Of a stretch of 51,690 bases of DNA, positions 35,633 to 43,760 are shown one piece after another (the first letter of the stretch is position 1; each line of letters starts with the position of its first letter). Origin of the DNA: a virus (Duplodnaviria; Caudoviricetes); the IMG/VR virus record IMGVR_UViG_3300032258_000002, positions 1-51,690 of that record. One strand, 5' to 3'. Both the position numbers and the translations under genes were made by a program. Below the pieces are notes generated by a model. That model was given only the letters and a program-made list of their open reading frames with translations. It made no database searches and was not told the origin of the DNA.

Positions 35633-35679
35633 TTCTCCGGAACTGTTATGAGATTATTTATACATAACAGCCCGGAGAA
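35633..35679 (-). promoter_or_regulatory. RBS-sequestering hairpin with late promoter in its loop
   Basis: TTCTCCGG-g-CTGTTATG [TATAAATA atct] CATAACAG-tt-CCGGAGAA. Confidence 0.8.
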
Positions 35680-35694
35680 CTATTTAGGAATGTC

Positions 35695-36399
35695 TTATAC
35701 TTTTACGGACATTAGGATTTTGAATCCTTCAAGTGATTTGTTCACCATCAGAATTCTGTAAGAATCGCGAGCGCTGTTGTACTTAACTTCAACAGTATAA
35801 TCAGAACCAGGCAGCATCTTGAAGTTATCTACAGGAATCTTGATTTCAAATTCCTTGGTAGTCTGTGCGGGTTTTGTTACGGAGAAGGTGTTAGATTTAG
35901 CGTTGAATTTGTTTGTAGCTCCTAGGGAAACTTTCACGTCACCATCCATAGAAGTAAAGATTACTTCAGACAGGTCCTTGAAAACACCAGTAGCTGATTT
36001 GATGTTCTTAATATCATCGACAGTCAGGTCGAATGAAGCAGTAGTAGGAACTTCTTCAGTCTTTGTGAACTGAACAATATCTTTATTATAAGCATCCATC
36101 AAAGCGATATTATCGGTGATGTATGATGAACTTAGTTCACCAGATGTGATGTCGATGGTATTACCATCACGAGTAATAACTCGGTCTTCGGGGAAAAGTT
36201 TAACAAGATTTAGCAAATCAGATAGGGAATCTTTAAGACCAATATCTTCAAATGCATCAGCATCCAGTTTAGAAATATCGACTAGCAGCAACATATCCTG
36301 TGATTCGGATACAGCCACTGTCTGTGGATATTTCAAAATGATGTTATTGGTCATTCCGTTGATTTGTGTTAAAACTTCGACTAATTGTGGGTTTAGCAT
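35695..36399 (-). CDS. gp45: Sliding clamp
   Basis: VLTQINGMTNNIILK, FEDIGLKDSLSDLLNLV, DNFKMLPGSDYTV resemble gp45. Confidence 0.85.
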   Translation of the reverse strand: MLNPQLVEVLTQINGMTNNIILKYPQTVAVSESQDMLLLVDISKLDADAFEDIGLKDSLSDLLNLVKLFPEDRVITRDGNTIDITSGELSSSYITDNIALMDAYNKDIVQFTKTEEVPTTASFDLTVDDIKNIKSATGVFKDLSEVIFTSMDGDVKVSLGATNKFNAKSNTFSVTKPAQTTKEFEIKIPVDNFKMLPGSDYTVEVKYNSARDSYRILMVNKSLEGFKILMSVKV

Positions 36400-36429
36400 T
36401 AATGTCCTTCCTTTTAGGTTGATTTATCT

Positions 36430-36451
36430 ATTATATACCATTTATGGTTAA
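36430..36451 (-). promoter_or_regulatory. Class II promoter TTAACC-N10-TATAAT
   Basis: Upstream of gp45. Confidence 0.65.
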
Positions 36452-36453
36452 GA

Positions 36454-36675
36454 TTAGTTTCGTTGCATATATTGTACAACTGGAATAAAGAGTGTTATTA
36501 GATCTGAATCTACATCGTACTCAACAGATTTGACGCACCCGAGTAGATATTTCACGTTGTCCGGGTCTTCTTTACGAGCTGGCATCTTTAAATTTGTTCC
36601 AATTTCGGGAACATAACTCATTGGGTAAGTTTTATTGAACTTACCACCGTCTGTTACTTTAATTACTTTTGTCAT
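36454..36675 (-). CDS. Hypothetical protein
   Basis: ATGA-coupled ORF. Confidence 0.6.
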   Translation of the reverse strand: MTKVIKVTDGGKFNKTYPMSYVPEIGTNLKMPARKEDPDNVKYLLGCVKSVEYDVDSDLITLFIPVVQYMQRN

Positions 36676-36956
36676 ATTATGTACTCCGGGTGTTCTATTT
36701 TTAATCTCTGAACGTACTCATTATAATAAGGTGAGCGTTTATAGTTATCTAGGGGCTTACCGGCTTGAAGATTCTTAACAACACATGCGTACATTGCTTC
36801 ACTTTTAGTTTCGTAATAATTATGTGTACTAGCGAGTTGTGATTCTTTATAAACGTTTGAAGATTGTGGAATAAGAAAACCGTCTACTCTATAATAGCCA
36901 AAGATTTTGCCATTCTTTTCGTACCAGACTAGACGGTCCTCTAGTTCATCTTTCAT
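36672..36956 (-). CDS. Small protein, PEYFI-tail family
   Basis: Ends HPEYII with ATGA overlap. Confidence 0.7.
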   Translation of the reverse strand: MKDELEDRLVWYEKNGKIFGYYRVDGFLIPQSSNVYKESQLASTHNYYETKSEAMYACVVKNLQAGKPLDNYKRSPYYNEYVQRLKIEHPEYII

Positions 36957-37366
36957 TATACCTTAGGTTTAGCGATAATATTGATGTTGAAGATTTTGCG
37001 GATTCTCTTGCCGATGGTGTCCATCATTTCGCCTAGGGCATCAAATAGTGCTAGACCAAGATTGACAACCGGAACGAAAGCTACAACATATCTACCAACC
37101 ATTCTGCCGATTGTGGTGTGCTCATGGTAGTAGTTTGGTTTACCGTGTCCGTCGTGGTCAGGAGCGTTTTCCCATGCTTTAACTGCTTCGTTGTACTTTT
37201 CAACGGCTTTTCGGTCTTCTTGAATATCAGACCATGAACGCATTGAATAATGCACCAATAGAATTACAACAGGGAGCCAGTAAACGCAGATTCCCATAAT
37301 TCCTGAAATCCACCATAGTCCTGTATCAATAAACCACTGTCCAACATTTAGTAAAAATTCTGTCAT
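36956..37366 (-). CDS. Membrane protein
   Basis: Two hydrophobic segments, AFVPVVNL. Confidence 0.65.
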   Translation of the reverse strand: MTEFLLNVGQWFIDTGLWWISGIMGICVYWLPVVILLVHYSMRSWSDIQEDRKAVEKYNEAVKAWENAPDHDGHGKPNYYHEHTTIGRMVGRYVVAFVPVVNLGLALFDALGEMMDTIGKRIRKIFNINIIAKPKV

Positions 37367-37704
37367 TTCATTTCATCCTTTATATTTTTAATATTCATTT
37401 CTAAGTATTCAGTTAACCCCGTGAATCCATCAGCTTCACTTTCTTCTGAGAATCCACGAAACTTTACCTTAGCTGGATATACTGATAGTATCCTATCATT
37501 TTCAACTTCGCAAACTATTGCCCAACCAAATAAATGCAAAGTACGGTTCACCCACCACAAGAGTTTAGAATCTCTGAACTCTTGCCATGTTTTTGGTTCA
37601 ATCATATCTTTTTGTCTTTGACTTGGAGGAACCAAATCAGGTTTAGGGGTAGATGGTCGTTCTGAAAATCCACCCTTATCTGGGGTCATGTTTGGGTGTT
37701 TCAA
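37363..37704 (-). CDS. Conserved phage hypothetical protein
   Basis: WQEFRDSKLLWWVNRTLHLFGWAIV...FRGFSE. Confidence 0.7.
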   Translation of the reverse strand: MKHPNMTPDKGGFSERPSTPKPDLVPPSQRQKDMIEPKTWQEFRDSKLLWWVNRTLHLFGWAIVCEVENDRILSVYPAKVKFRGFSEESEADGFTGLTEYLEMNIKNIKDEMK

Positions 37705-38657
37705 GCCTTGGTCAATCCGAATAGGAAGAAACCAGTGCTGTTGTAGTACTCATGTTTTGCCTTAGGCACACGAATAAATCCGTCATCTGTACTCTTGAAG
37801 ATTGTACTTCCGCCACCAGATAGACTGATGAAGTCGCACTTATCAAGAATTTTGCCGTACTTGTTCTCAATTAGTTCAAGTAGAGATTTCAGATAAGATT
37901 TCTTAACCTCGTCGGTGTACTCCTTGAACGGATGCTTCTGCCCTCTGAGCTTATAGATACCGGTGTCGATAATCTCTTTAGCCTCGTGAAGGGTAATAGA
38001 ACGGCCATGAAGTTCTTTAACTTTCTTGGCAATCTCTGTTGCAATCTTCATCACACCTTCGCGTTCGATTCCCTCGAACAGATTAGGAGAAGTCTTGCCG
38101 TCAGTTACCAAGAACATATCGAGTGTGTTAAAGCCGATATCACAACCAACGAAGGTTGTTGTTCCGGTGAACTCTTGCTGTGGGTGTGGGAAGTTGTTGC
38201 CGTACTTGTCGATGCAAAGTTTTGAACCTGCACCCTGTGGTAGAATATAAACTTCATCGAATTTAAATGCTTCACCGTTCACTTCAAAATTCATCAGCCC
38301 TTCTTTAAAGTGACCTGAGTTTTCAATCTGAGCCTTTGAGAGACCAGAGACAATCACATCGGGTGAGCAGCCAAGCTCTTTCAGAGCATGGAACAGGAAT
38401 AGCGGAGCATAGTACTCGAGATTCTTATAGTCAGTAATATCAATTAGATTTTCTGATGGGAGATGCAAAGCATTCTCACCTACATAATACGAATGATCAC
38501 GGAAGTCATAGATTCGAGAATCCTTAACGTGCTCATTTCGTTTTGTGATGCCGATTGTACTCGTAAATTTGAACTGTTTCTCAACGTGTCCTTCACTAGT
38601 ACCAAAAGTTACTTTTACATCGCCGAAGCCAATGTCAATTCCTAATATCTTTTTCAT
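37701..38657 (-). CDS. ParM/StbA-family actin-like ATPase
   Basis: GIDIGFGDVK (phosphate 1), LPQGAG, DIGFNTLD (phosphate 2), LSGGGS (adenosine). Confidence 0.88.
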   Translation of the reverse strand: MKKILGIDIGFGDVKVTFGTSEGHVEKQFKFTSTIGITKRNEHVKDSRIYDFRDHSYYVGENALHLPSENLIDITDYKNLEYYAPLFLFHALKELGCSPDVIVSGLSKAQIENSGHFKEGLMNFEVNGEAFKFDEVYILPQGAGSKLCIDKYGNNFPHPQQEFTGTTTFVGCDIGFNTLDMFLVTDGKTSPNLFEGIEREGVMKIATEIAKKVKELHGRSITLHEAKEIIDTGIYKLRGQKHPFKEYTDEVKKSYLKSLLELIENKYGKILDKCDFISLSGGGSTIFKSTDDGFIRVPKAKHEYYNSTGFFLFGLTKA

Positions 38658-38683
38658 TCTCTTTCCTCTTGTTAAGATAGTTT

Positions 38684-38705
38684 ATTATAAACCATTGTTG
38701 TTTAA
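38684..38705 (-). promoter_or_regulatory. Class II promoter TTAAAC-N10-TATAAT
   Basis: Upstream of the ParM-like gene. Confidence 0.6.
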
Positions 38706-38720
38706 GTTTTTACAATTTTA

Positions 38721-38939
38721 TTAAATCCGGTGACCACATTTTGAACACTCTATTACTGTATAAGAGTCAGGATGTGAGTCACTCATCGGACCGTAAGTAA
38801 TCCACTTTTCTTCTTTAATGTAGTTGTGCTCACATTCATCAAAAATTCTTTGTTGAATTTCTTTAGCTTGATTTGACCGAGTGCAAATAAAAGCCATCAA
38901 CAATATCATAACGAGCATAAAGAATCCAAAATATATCAT
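38721..38939 (-). CDS. TM-anchored small Zn-binding protein
   Basis: N-terminal TM, CEH...CSKC. Confidence 0.6.
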   Translation of the reverse strand: MIYFGFFMLVMILLMAFICTRSNQAKEIQQRIFDECEHNYIKEEKWITYGPMSDSHPDSYTVIECSKCGHRI

Positions 38940-38948
38940 CTGCTCACC

Positions 38949-39230
38949 TTATATATCTAAGTTTTGTAGTTCTTCAGCTACTGAAACAGATCTGGATTTC
39001 TCCTCAATCTGTGGTAGCTCAACAACCTCTTGTGAAATACTTCCCCAGTCAGCATCAGTATCAAGCAGCTGTTGTTTGCCGTGTGATTGAGGTTCTTTTG
39101 TGTCGTAACTGGTTTCATTCCGGATTCCGGAATCTGGAATGCTATGTTGAACTACTGAAGTTCCATCGGCAAAGTCGATTTTGAGCTTGTCAATGTCCTT
39201 TGTGCAGGTTACATGAAGTTCGAATTGCAT
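38949..39230 (-). CDS. Hypothetical protein (probable paralog of 39231-39512)
   Basis: KLKIDFADGT...VAEELQNLDI. Confidence 0.65.
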   Translation of the reverse strand: MQFELHVTCTKDIDKLKIDFADGTSVVQHSIPDSGIRNETSYDTKEPQSHGKQQLLDTDADWGSISQEVVELPQIEEKSRSVSVAEELQNLDI

Positions 39231-39512
39231 TTAAAATTCCAAATCTTTCATTTCTTCCGGTACTTCAACAGCCGCACGCTTATCAATATCTGGGTATGCA
39301 ATTATGGGCTCAGGTGAATCTTTTAAGATTGGCTCACGTGGTTTGGTCTCGTGCGTGACAGAGCCGGTCATAGCAGGGTGTTTATCTTCGTTTAAGGGGA
39401 ATGTGGTACTGGTAACTTTGCTCGTCCCTGTACCGTCTTCCTCGAAGGAAATATCTACTTTGATGTTCTTGACTTTTCGACCTTGTGGTAAATCTGTGAT
39501 TTCAATTTTCAT
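39231..39512 (-). CDS. Hypothetical protein (probable paralog of 38949-39230)
   Basis: KVDISFEEDGT...VPEEMKDLEF. Confidence 0.65.
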   Translation of the reverse strand: MKIEITDLPQGRKVKNIKVDISFEEDGTGTSKVTSTTFPLNEDKHPAMTGSVTHETKPREPILKDSPEPIIAYPDIDKRAAVEVPEEMKDLEF

Positions 39513-39520
39513 TCCTTCTC

Positions 39521-40180
39521 CTAGATGTTGAACTTGGATGATAGGTCTCCACGGATTTTTGGTCTGTGGTAGATTCCTTTTTCAAAGAAAGCAGTTTCGG
39601 TAAATTTCACCAACTGATCATTTCCTCTGAATACCTTCCAGTTCAGTTCAGCCTCAAAACGACCTGGTTCTGTGTATTCTTTATTGTTCTCTAAAAGAAT
39701 TTGAGCCGGGTCCAAAAATGTCTTAATAGCAGCATGTGTGCCAAGACAAACTCTGTATCTGTTCTTGTAGTATTTTCCGAAGTACCAGACCTTGCCCGGA
39801 TATTCTTTTGTGATTCTCTCAAGCTCTTCTTTATTCTTCACTGTGAAGAAGCATGAGTAATCTGCAGTTCTGGCAGTTCTTAGGGCCTCGTTTTCAACGA
39901 ATTTCAGTAGAGCCTTTGAGCCGTTGTCATTGTTCCTACGGAGCAAAAGATATTCCTCATTTGGTCTTAGAGGTTTAACCGTTCCCACCATAAATCTAAT
40001 CTGGTCAGCATTAGCTTCATCGTAATTCACCATCACAGGCTTTTCTTCAAGCTTGAAATACCAATCATATGGCGGCTTTAGATTAATGAAGACTTCGTAC
40101 TCAATTCCGTTATTCTTGAGCGCTTCTTTGCACTCGTTGTAGAATTGATTATCATAGTATGGGTCGATGGTGATGAACAT
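39521..40180 (-). CDS. Hypothetical protein
   Basis: 219-aa ORF, no motif recognised. Confidence 0.65.
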   Translation of the reverse strand: MFITIDPYYDNQFYNECKEALKNNGIEYEVFINLKPPYDWYFKLEEKPVMVNYDEANADQIRFMVGTVKPLRPNEEYLLLRRNNDNGSKALLKFVENEALRTARTADYSCFFTVKNKEELERITKEYPGKVWYFGKYYKNRYRVCLGTHAAIKTFLDPAQILLENNKEYTEPGRFEAELNWKVFRGNDQLVKFTETAFFEKGIYHRPKIRGDLSSKFNI

Positions 40181-40183
40181 GTA

Positions 40184-40618
40184 CTATTTATCATGCTCAG
40201 ATATATCAATTTTAGAATCAGATTCTTGGAATACAACTAGAGGAATCATCGCAACTCTTTCAACTCCCATCACTCCCTTGAATAATCCAGATGCACCTTT
40301 TGTTGTCATAGCATACCAAGTAAACACACATGCACCAATGAACATATGACATGGGAATAAGAATAGCATATTTCTCCAAAAACGACGAGTTCCGGAGACG
40401 TGGTTAGAAACAATATCCTTTCTCATATCTAAGAAAACCATAAACAGCCCGAGTTGAACTTCATCAAATCTCGAAGTCTTAATCATAGAAACAGTCAACA
40501 TGAGAATAAGTCCTGCTATATTCATAAGGAAACCAAATAGGAAGAAATCCCATAGACCAGAGAAACTGAAGGACTCCAGCCACATAGTCAGGTACGGCTC
40601 AATTGTTTCAAACTGCAT
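40184..40618 (-). CDS. Membrane protein
   Basis: Several hydrophobic segments; AGGAG RBS. Confidence 0.65.
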   Translation of the reverse strand: MQFETIEPYLTMWLESFSFSGLWDFFLFGFLMNIAGLILMLTVSMIKTSRFDEVQLGLFMVFLDMRKDIVSNHVSGTRRFWRNMLFLFPCHMFIGACVFTWYAMTTKGASGLFKGVMGVERVAMIPLVVFQESDSKIDISEHDK

Positions 40619-41921
40619 TTATATCTCCTACCCAGATTGCTTCTGGTGTTGTTTTAATCAATTTCTTCAGTTCAGCCTCTTTGTTCTTTCGGTCTTGCTC
40701 CAACTTTTTCATACGTTCTTCAGTTAGAGAGCTGATGCTCATACCTAAAAGATAATCGTAAGAATCATCACGTGGCAGAATATCAGGAACCTTTTCCAGG
40801 TCTTTAACAATATCAGCCTTCTTGCGTTTGTTGATAATCAGTTCATCGGATACAATCATCTTAATGAATAGATACTTGCTGAAATCGAACTTAATATCAG
40901 CTTCGAGACTTGAGCAAAGGTGCTCTTTTCTCTTCTGCATGTATTGAACCTTTACTCCAATGTAATGGTCTAAAACTTCTTCTGCAGATTCATAAACAGC
41001 AATCTTATTCTCTTCAGTAATAACTGTATAGTTCTCAGTTACGGTTTTGACGAGCTTAAGTTTAGCTAGAACATCATTATCGCTCCATGATTTCAGAGAC
41101 TTGCTCGGGATGTTAACCTCGAACTTGAAATTATCATCCTCGGACTTATCTGTGTATCCTTGGATAACTTTCTTATCCTCTAAATCATCAAGAACTTTAA
41201 TATAAGATTTCAGATTATACCCAATAGGTACTTCTGTAATCTCGATTCTATTTATTCCTAAGCGTTTAAAAGAACCCTTTACTTGCCACTGGCCCTTGTT
41301 TTCATAGGGTGTAACAGTACCGTTAAAGCCTCTATACCAAGGAGTAAGGGCAGGGGTTTTAGTACCAGCAAGTTTTGCTGTGATGTATTTCTTAATTGTG
41401 TCAGGATTACGTGGGAGAATCTTCTGAGCGAAACCAGATGAAACACCCTCTGAACCATTAATTAATAGCAGTGGAAGAGACGGCACGTAGAACATGGGCT
41501 CAATTCGCTGGCCCTCAAATGTCTGTCCACGGAGAATTGGAATATCTTCTTTTTTGAACAATTCAAAGAAGTCCTGCGTGCCGTAAGTGAAGATGTACCT
41601 AGGAGCGGATGCGGCTGGTGAGAATCGAGTACCGAAGTTACCCTTCTTTTTCATCAGCGGGATATTGTTTGTGCCGGTGTAATCCTGACCTAAGCCAACG
41701 ATAACTCCTGACATATCACCATGCAAATATTCTGCGTATTCCGCAGCTTTTGAGCTCAACTGAGATACCTTAAGTAAACTGTTGATGTTCTTCTCGAGTA
41801 CAGTGAATAGAATCTTTCGAGAAGCATTTTTCTGTCCATCAATGACAGATGCAATTTTTCTTAGATTATCGTAACTGGCATAGTTGACATAATCGCTCGC
41901 AAAAAATTTCGTTAATTTCAT
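40608..41921 (-). CDS. gp52: DNA topoisomerase II, GyrA/ParC-like subunit
   Basis: IDGQKNASRKIL, YLHGD, GNFGTR, ASAPRY catalytic Tyr, NGSEGVSSGF. Confidence 0.95.
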   Translation of the reverse strand: MKLTKFFASDYVNYASYDNLRKIASVIDGQKNASRKILFTVLEKNINSLLKVSQLSSKAAEYAEYLHGDMSGVIVGLGQDYTGTNNIPLMKKKGNFGTRFSPAASAPRYIFTYGTQDFFELFKKEDIPILRGQTFEGQRIEPMFYVPSLPLLLINGSEGVSSGFAQKILPRNPDTIKKYITAKLAGTKTPALTPWYRGFNGTVTPYENKGQWQVKGSFKRLGINRIEITEVPIGYNLKSYIKVLDDLEDKKVIQGYTDKSEDDNFKFEVNIPSKSLKSWSDNDVLAKLKLVKTVTENYTVITEENKIAVYESAEEVLDHYIGVKVQYMQKRKEHLCSSLEADIKFDFSKYLFIKMIVSDELIINKRKKADIVKDLEKVPDILPRDDSYDYLLGMSISSLTEERMKKLEQDRKNKEAELKKLIKTTPEAIWVGDINAV

Positions 41922-41933
41922 TTAGAATCCTTT

Positions 41934-41963
41934 GTGGCAGGGGCAGTTTCCTGCCCGAGCCAC
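41934..41963 (-). other. GC-rich GNRA hairpin immediately upstream of the gp52 RBS
   Basis: GTGGC-tc-GGGCAG-GAAA-CTGCCC-ct-GCCAC. Confidence 0.55.
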
Positions 41964-41971
41964 TCTTGGTT

Positions 41972-42232
41972 TTATACAGATGTTACTGTTGTTTCAGTAC
42001 GGTGGAAGTCGTCGTACTCTTTATAACTCAGATAAGTTTCCATGTACTCCGGTGACATATTACGCCGAGAGACAAATGCCTCTTCCATAGTATCGAAGAA
42101 TAGCAAATCATCGGACTCGTATGCGCGTTTATGCTTGGTGAGAATATGTGGATATTCTGCCCCGATAGCCCATACATGCGATGGCTTTTCCTCCTGAATG
42201 TGTACAGGTGCTTCCTGCTCGAGTATTTTCAT
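41972..42232 (-). CDS. Hypothetical protein
   Basis: AGGAG RBS. Confidence 0.6.
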   Translation of the reverse strand: MKILEQEAPVHIQEEKPSHVWAIGAEYPHILTKHKRAYESDDLLFFDTMEEAFVSRRNMSPEYMETYLSYKEYDDFHRTETTVTSV

Positions 42233-42245
42233 CCTTTTCTCCTTT

Positions 42246-42560
42246 TTAATGTTCTTCTTTTGTGATTATGTTTCCACGAATGCCAATATCAATTAGCTGT
42301 TGGCCTGTTGAGCCCTCATATGCAACCCAAACCGGAGTTGATGATTCCATAAGGAATTCACCACCTTTCCAGCCTGTGAGTTCTGTATCAATGATAGTCT
42401 CAAGCTCTTCACGTAGAATCCAAGCCTTTGACCAACGAGGCTCAAGTGCTAGTTCATTATAATACCCACGATAAGAGTGTGGTGAAGCTAGATCAATTTC
42501 TGCATTTTCATCAATTAGATAAAGAGCTTGGATTAGTTCGCCTAATGTGATTTGTTCCAT
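42246..42560 (-). CDS. Conserved phage hypothetical protein
   Basis: SPHSYRGYYNELALEP, GWKGGEF, TPVWVA. Confidence 0.75.
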   Translation of the reverse strand: MEQITLGELIQALYLIDENAEIDLASPHSYRGYYNELALEPRWSKAWILREELETIIDTELTGWKGGEFLMESSTPVWVAYEGSTGQQLIDIGIRGNIITKEEH

Positions 42561-42579
42561 ATTTACCTCGTGTATGTTT

Positions 42580-42608
42580 ATTCTATCAGGAAATTATCCT
42601 GCTGTCAA
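42580..42608 (-). promoter_or_regulatory. Sigma70-type early promoter
   Basis: TTGACA-17-TAGAAT. Confidence 0.85.
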
Positions 42609-42612
42609 CCAT

Positions 42613-42879
42613 TTATATTGAGTGCTCTGGATATTCTTTGATAAATTTTTCTACTTCTTCATGCAATAGCACTGGAGCATGATTAGGAGAATTAAATCTG
42701 CAAGATTCTACAATACTGCACTCGGAGCAACCAAGTGTTGGCACGTTTAGAACTGTTCCTTTGAAACACCAAGTATATGTTCGAGATTGGAGCCCGTGAC
42801 CGGCACGTACTTCAAAATTCACAGGGTGTCCATTCTCTGCATACATAACAAGCAGTTTGTACTCAGTAGATTCACTCAT
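42613..42879 (-). CDS. Small 4-Cys protein, PEYFI-tail family
   Basis: C...CSECSIVESC; ends YPEHSI. Confidence 0.75.
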   Translation of the reverse strand: MSESTEYKLLVMYAENGHPVNFEVRAGHGLQSRTYTWCFKGTVLNVPTLGCSECSIVESCRFNSPNHAPVLLHEEVEKFIKEYPEHSI

Positions 42880-43106
42880 ATAAAGAACTCCGGGTACTCA
42901 TTTTTTACTCTGGTAATATCTTTAAGTGTCACAATCGGCCTTTCAACACTTGAATAATCATCACATTGTTCTTTAAACTTACAACACATACAGCTTCGGG
43001 TTGCGCAAAACTCGTGGCCGGAGCCATCGGGGCTATATCTTATACTGAGAGAGCCGTACTTCTTTAAGTACTGAACCATAACATCATAGTTATCATCGAA
43101 TGTCAT
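42876..43106 (-). CDS. Small 4-Cys protein, PEYFI-tail family
   Basis: CATRSCMCCKFKEQC; ends YPEFFI. Confidence 0.78.
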   Translation of the reverse strand: MTFDDNYDVMVQYLKKYGSLSIRYSPDGSGHEFCATRSCMCCKFKEQCDDYSSVERPIVTLKDITRVKNEYPEFFI

Positions 43107-43324
43107 ATAAACTGCTCTGGGTACTTGGTGCGCATTTCATTTAACTCTTCATTATCAAGATATGGTCTCTCGTTCTCACTCATCAAATTACATTCATCTC
43201 GAACACCACAATGAGTACAAAAACCACCTTCACAGATTTCAAATCTATCCAAGTAAAAAGTATCAGGAACATCGTCAACATTCCGTACTTTGATGAACAA
43301 TTCAAAAAATTCAATTCTTGTCAT
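43103..43324 (-). CDS. Small 4-Cys protein, PEYFI-tail family
   Basis: CEGGFCTHCGVRDEC; ends YPEQFI. Confidence 0.78.
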   Translation of the reverse strand: MTRIEFFELFIKVRNVDDVPDTFYLDRFEICEGGFCTHCGVRDECNLMSENERPYLDNEELNEMRTKYPEQFI

Positions 43325-43536
43325 ATAGAATATTCCGGGTATTCTTTTTTGAATTTTTCCACATCTGAAAAGTATAGTCTTGGAGCCATTGATCTGCTTT
43401 TGTTGTTACACTCTTTTCTTACTACACACTCTTGACATGCAGGTCCACTAAAGCAAAATGAATACTCTCCGGTGCACTCTTGAAAGTTAACACTATGGTG
43501 TTTGCTGTATTCTAAAAGAAGTTCGTATGATGTCAT
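43321..43536 (-). CDS. Small 4-Cys protein, PEYFI-tail family
   Basis: CFSGPACQECVVRKEC; ends YPEYSI. Confidence 0.78.
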   Translation of the reverse strand: MTSYELLLEYSKHHSVNFQECTGEYSFCFSGPACQECVVRKECNNKSRSMAPRLYFSDVEKFKKEYPEYSI

Positions 43537-43760
43537 AAGAATTTCTCCGGGTACATTTCCTTAGCGAGTTCAAGAGTTTCAATACTTACTTCAGCAACAC
43601 AATCTTCAATTTGTTCATAGCATTCTTTTGAAACAATGCATGCAGGGCATATAAAATCGCAAAACCGTGCCCCTTCCCCTTCATATCGTATTTTTGGAGT
43701 GTACACATCTATGTACTTAAGAAAAAGTCCATAAGTTATAATATCGCTTTTTTCACTCAT
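43533..43760 (-). CDS. Small 4-Cys protein, PEYFI-tail family
   Basis: CDFICPACIVSKEC; ends YPEKFL. Confidence 0.78.
   Translation of the reverse strand: MSEKSDIITYGLFLKYIDVYTPKIRYEGEGARFCDFICPACIVSKECYEQIEDCVAEVSIETLELAKEMYPEKFL

Noticed and set aside
39119-39138. Near-palindrome tccggattccggaatctgga
   Set aside because: Single occurrence inside a coding region with no supporting context
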